NCBI GenBank assembly: GCA_965250285.1
Contig: OZ252299.1
Location: 4,928,001 to 4,992,000, forward strand
Source: Myxococcota bacterium
Lineage (GTDB): Bacteria > Myxococcota_A > UBA9160 > UBA4427
DNA length: 64,000 nucleotides
Direction: 5' to 3'
In this document: in pieces, positions 63,625 to 64,000 of the stretch
Layout: every line of letters begins with the position of its first letter
How positions within the stretch are numbered: position 1 is the stretch's first letter
Notes under the pieces: model-generated
Databases searched by the model: none
The model's input: the letters and a program-made list of their open reading frames with translations, nothing else
Told to the model about the DNA's origin: nothing
Translations under genes and position numbers: made by a program

Positions 63625-64000
63625 TGTCGGTGCCGACCTCGTCGACGCACGCGATCGAACACGTGACGCACGTGCGTGTCGGCACGCTCAACCCGCCCAA
63701 GCTCGAAGCCGTGCGCAGCGCGCTGGTCGCGTTCGCGCCGGCGGTGGCCGTCGAGGGCGTCGCCGTCGAGAGCGGCGTACCCGACCAGCCCGTTGGTTTC
63801 GACGAGATCGTGGCCGGCGCGCGGGAGCGCGCGCGCGCCGCGTTCGCGAGTGACGCATGCGATCTGGCCGTCGGCATCGAGGACGGCCTCGTTTCGATCC
63901 CGGCGCTCGGCGCCGACGCTGTGAACGTCGGCGCGGCGGCGGTCAGTGACGGGGTGCGTACCTCGGTGGGGCTGTCTTCGGGCTTCGCGTACCCGCCCGG
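63624..64000 (+). CDS. yjjX: Inosine/xanthosine triphosphatase (YjjX/DUF84), 3'-truncated by window edge
   Basis: VGTLNPPKLEAV, VESGVPDQP.G..EI..GA..RA, VGIEDG; absent from the ORF track because no stop falls in the window. Confidence 0.85.
   Translation, partial: MSVPTSSTHAIEHVTHVRVGTLNPPKLEAVRSALVAFAPAVAVEGVAVESGVPDQPVGFDEIVAGARERARAAFASDACDLAVGIEDGLVSIPALGADAVNVGAAAVSDGVRTSVGLSSGFAYPP

Overview
High-GC bacterial chromosomal segment, probably Myxococcota (inferred from an MXAN_5187-C-like protein, sigma54/NtrC signalling and a deltaproteobacterial-type BirA box). Mostly housekeeping genes: bioBFD, radA, polyprenyl synthase, comEA, a Btu/Fec-type ABC importer, eno, tRNA-Ala(CGC), argH-dapF-dapA-dapB, PBP1b, lspA, tatBC, malic enzyme, biotin carboxylase. 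No integrase, transposase or CRISPR array was seen. Main highlights: (1) two ORFs split at an in-frame TGA (2963-2965) join into one iodothyronine-deiodinase-like selenoprotein (FGSYT-U-PPF) with a SECIS-like hairpin; (2) a signalling cluster at 49.8-56.3 kb, with a mosaic degenerate REC/sigma54-AAA+/acidic-repeat/HisKA protein, an NtrC-family activator, a sigma54 promoter with IHF site and three palindromes, a REC-HD-GYP protein and a PilZ-like protein; (3) short tandem duplications of gene 3' ends at five separate loci; (4) a putative operon of two Trp-less dodecins, two GT-A-fold transferases and YgfZ; (5) two long, hairpin-rich intergenic leaders. All calls come from reading motifs by eye; no database searches were run.
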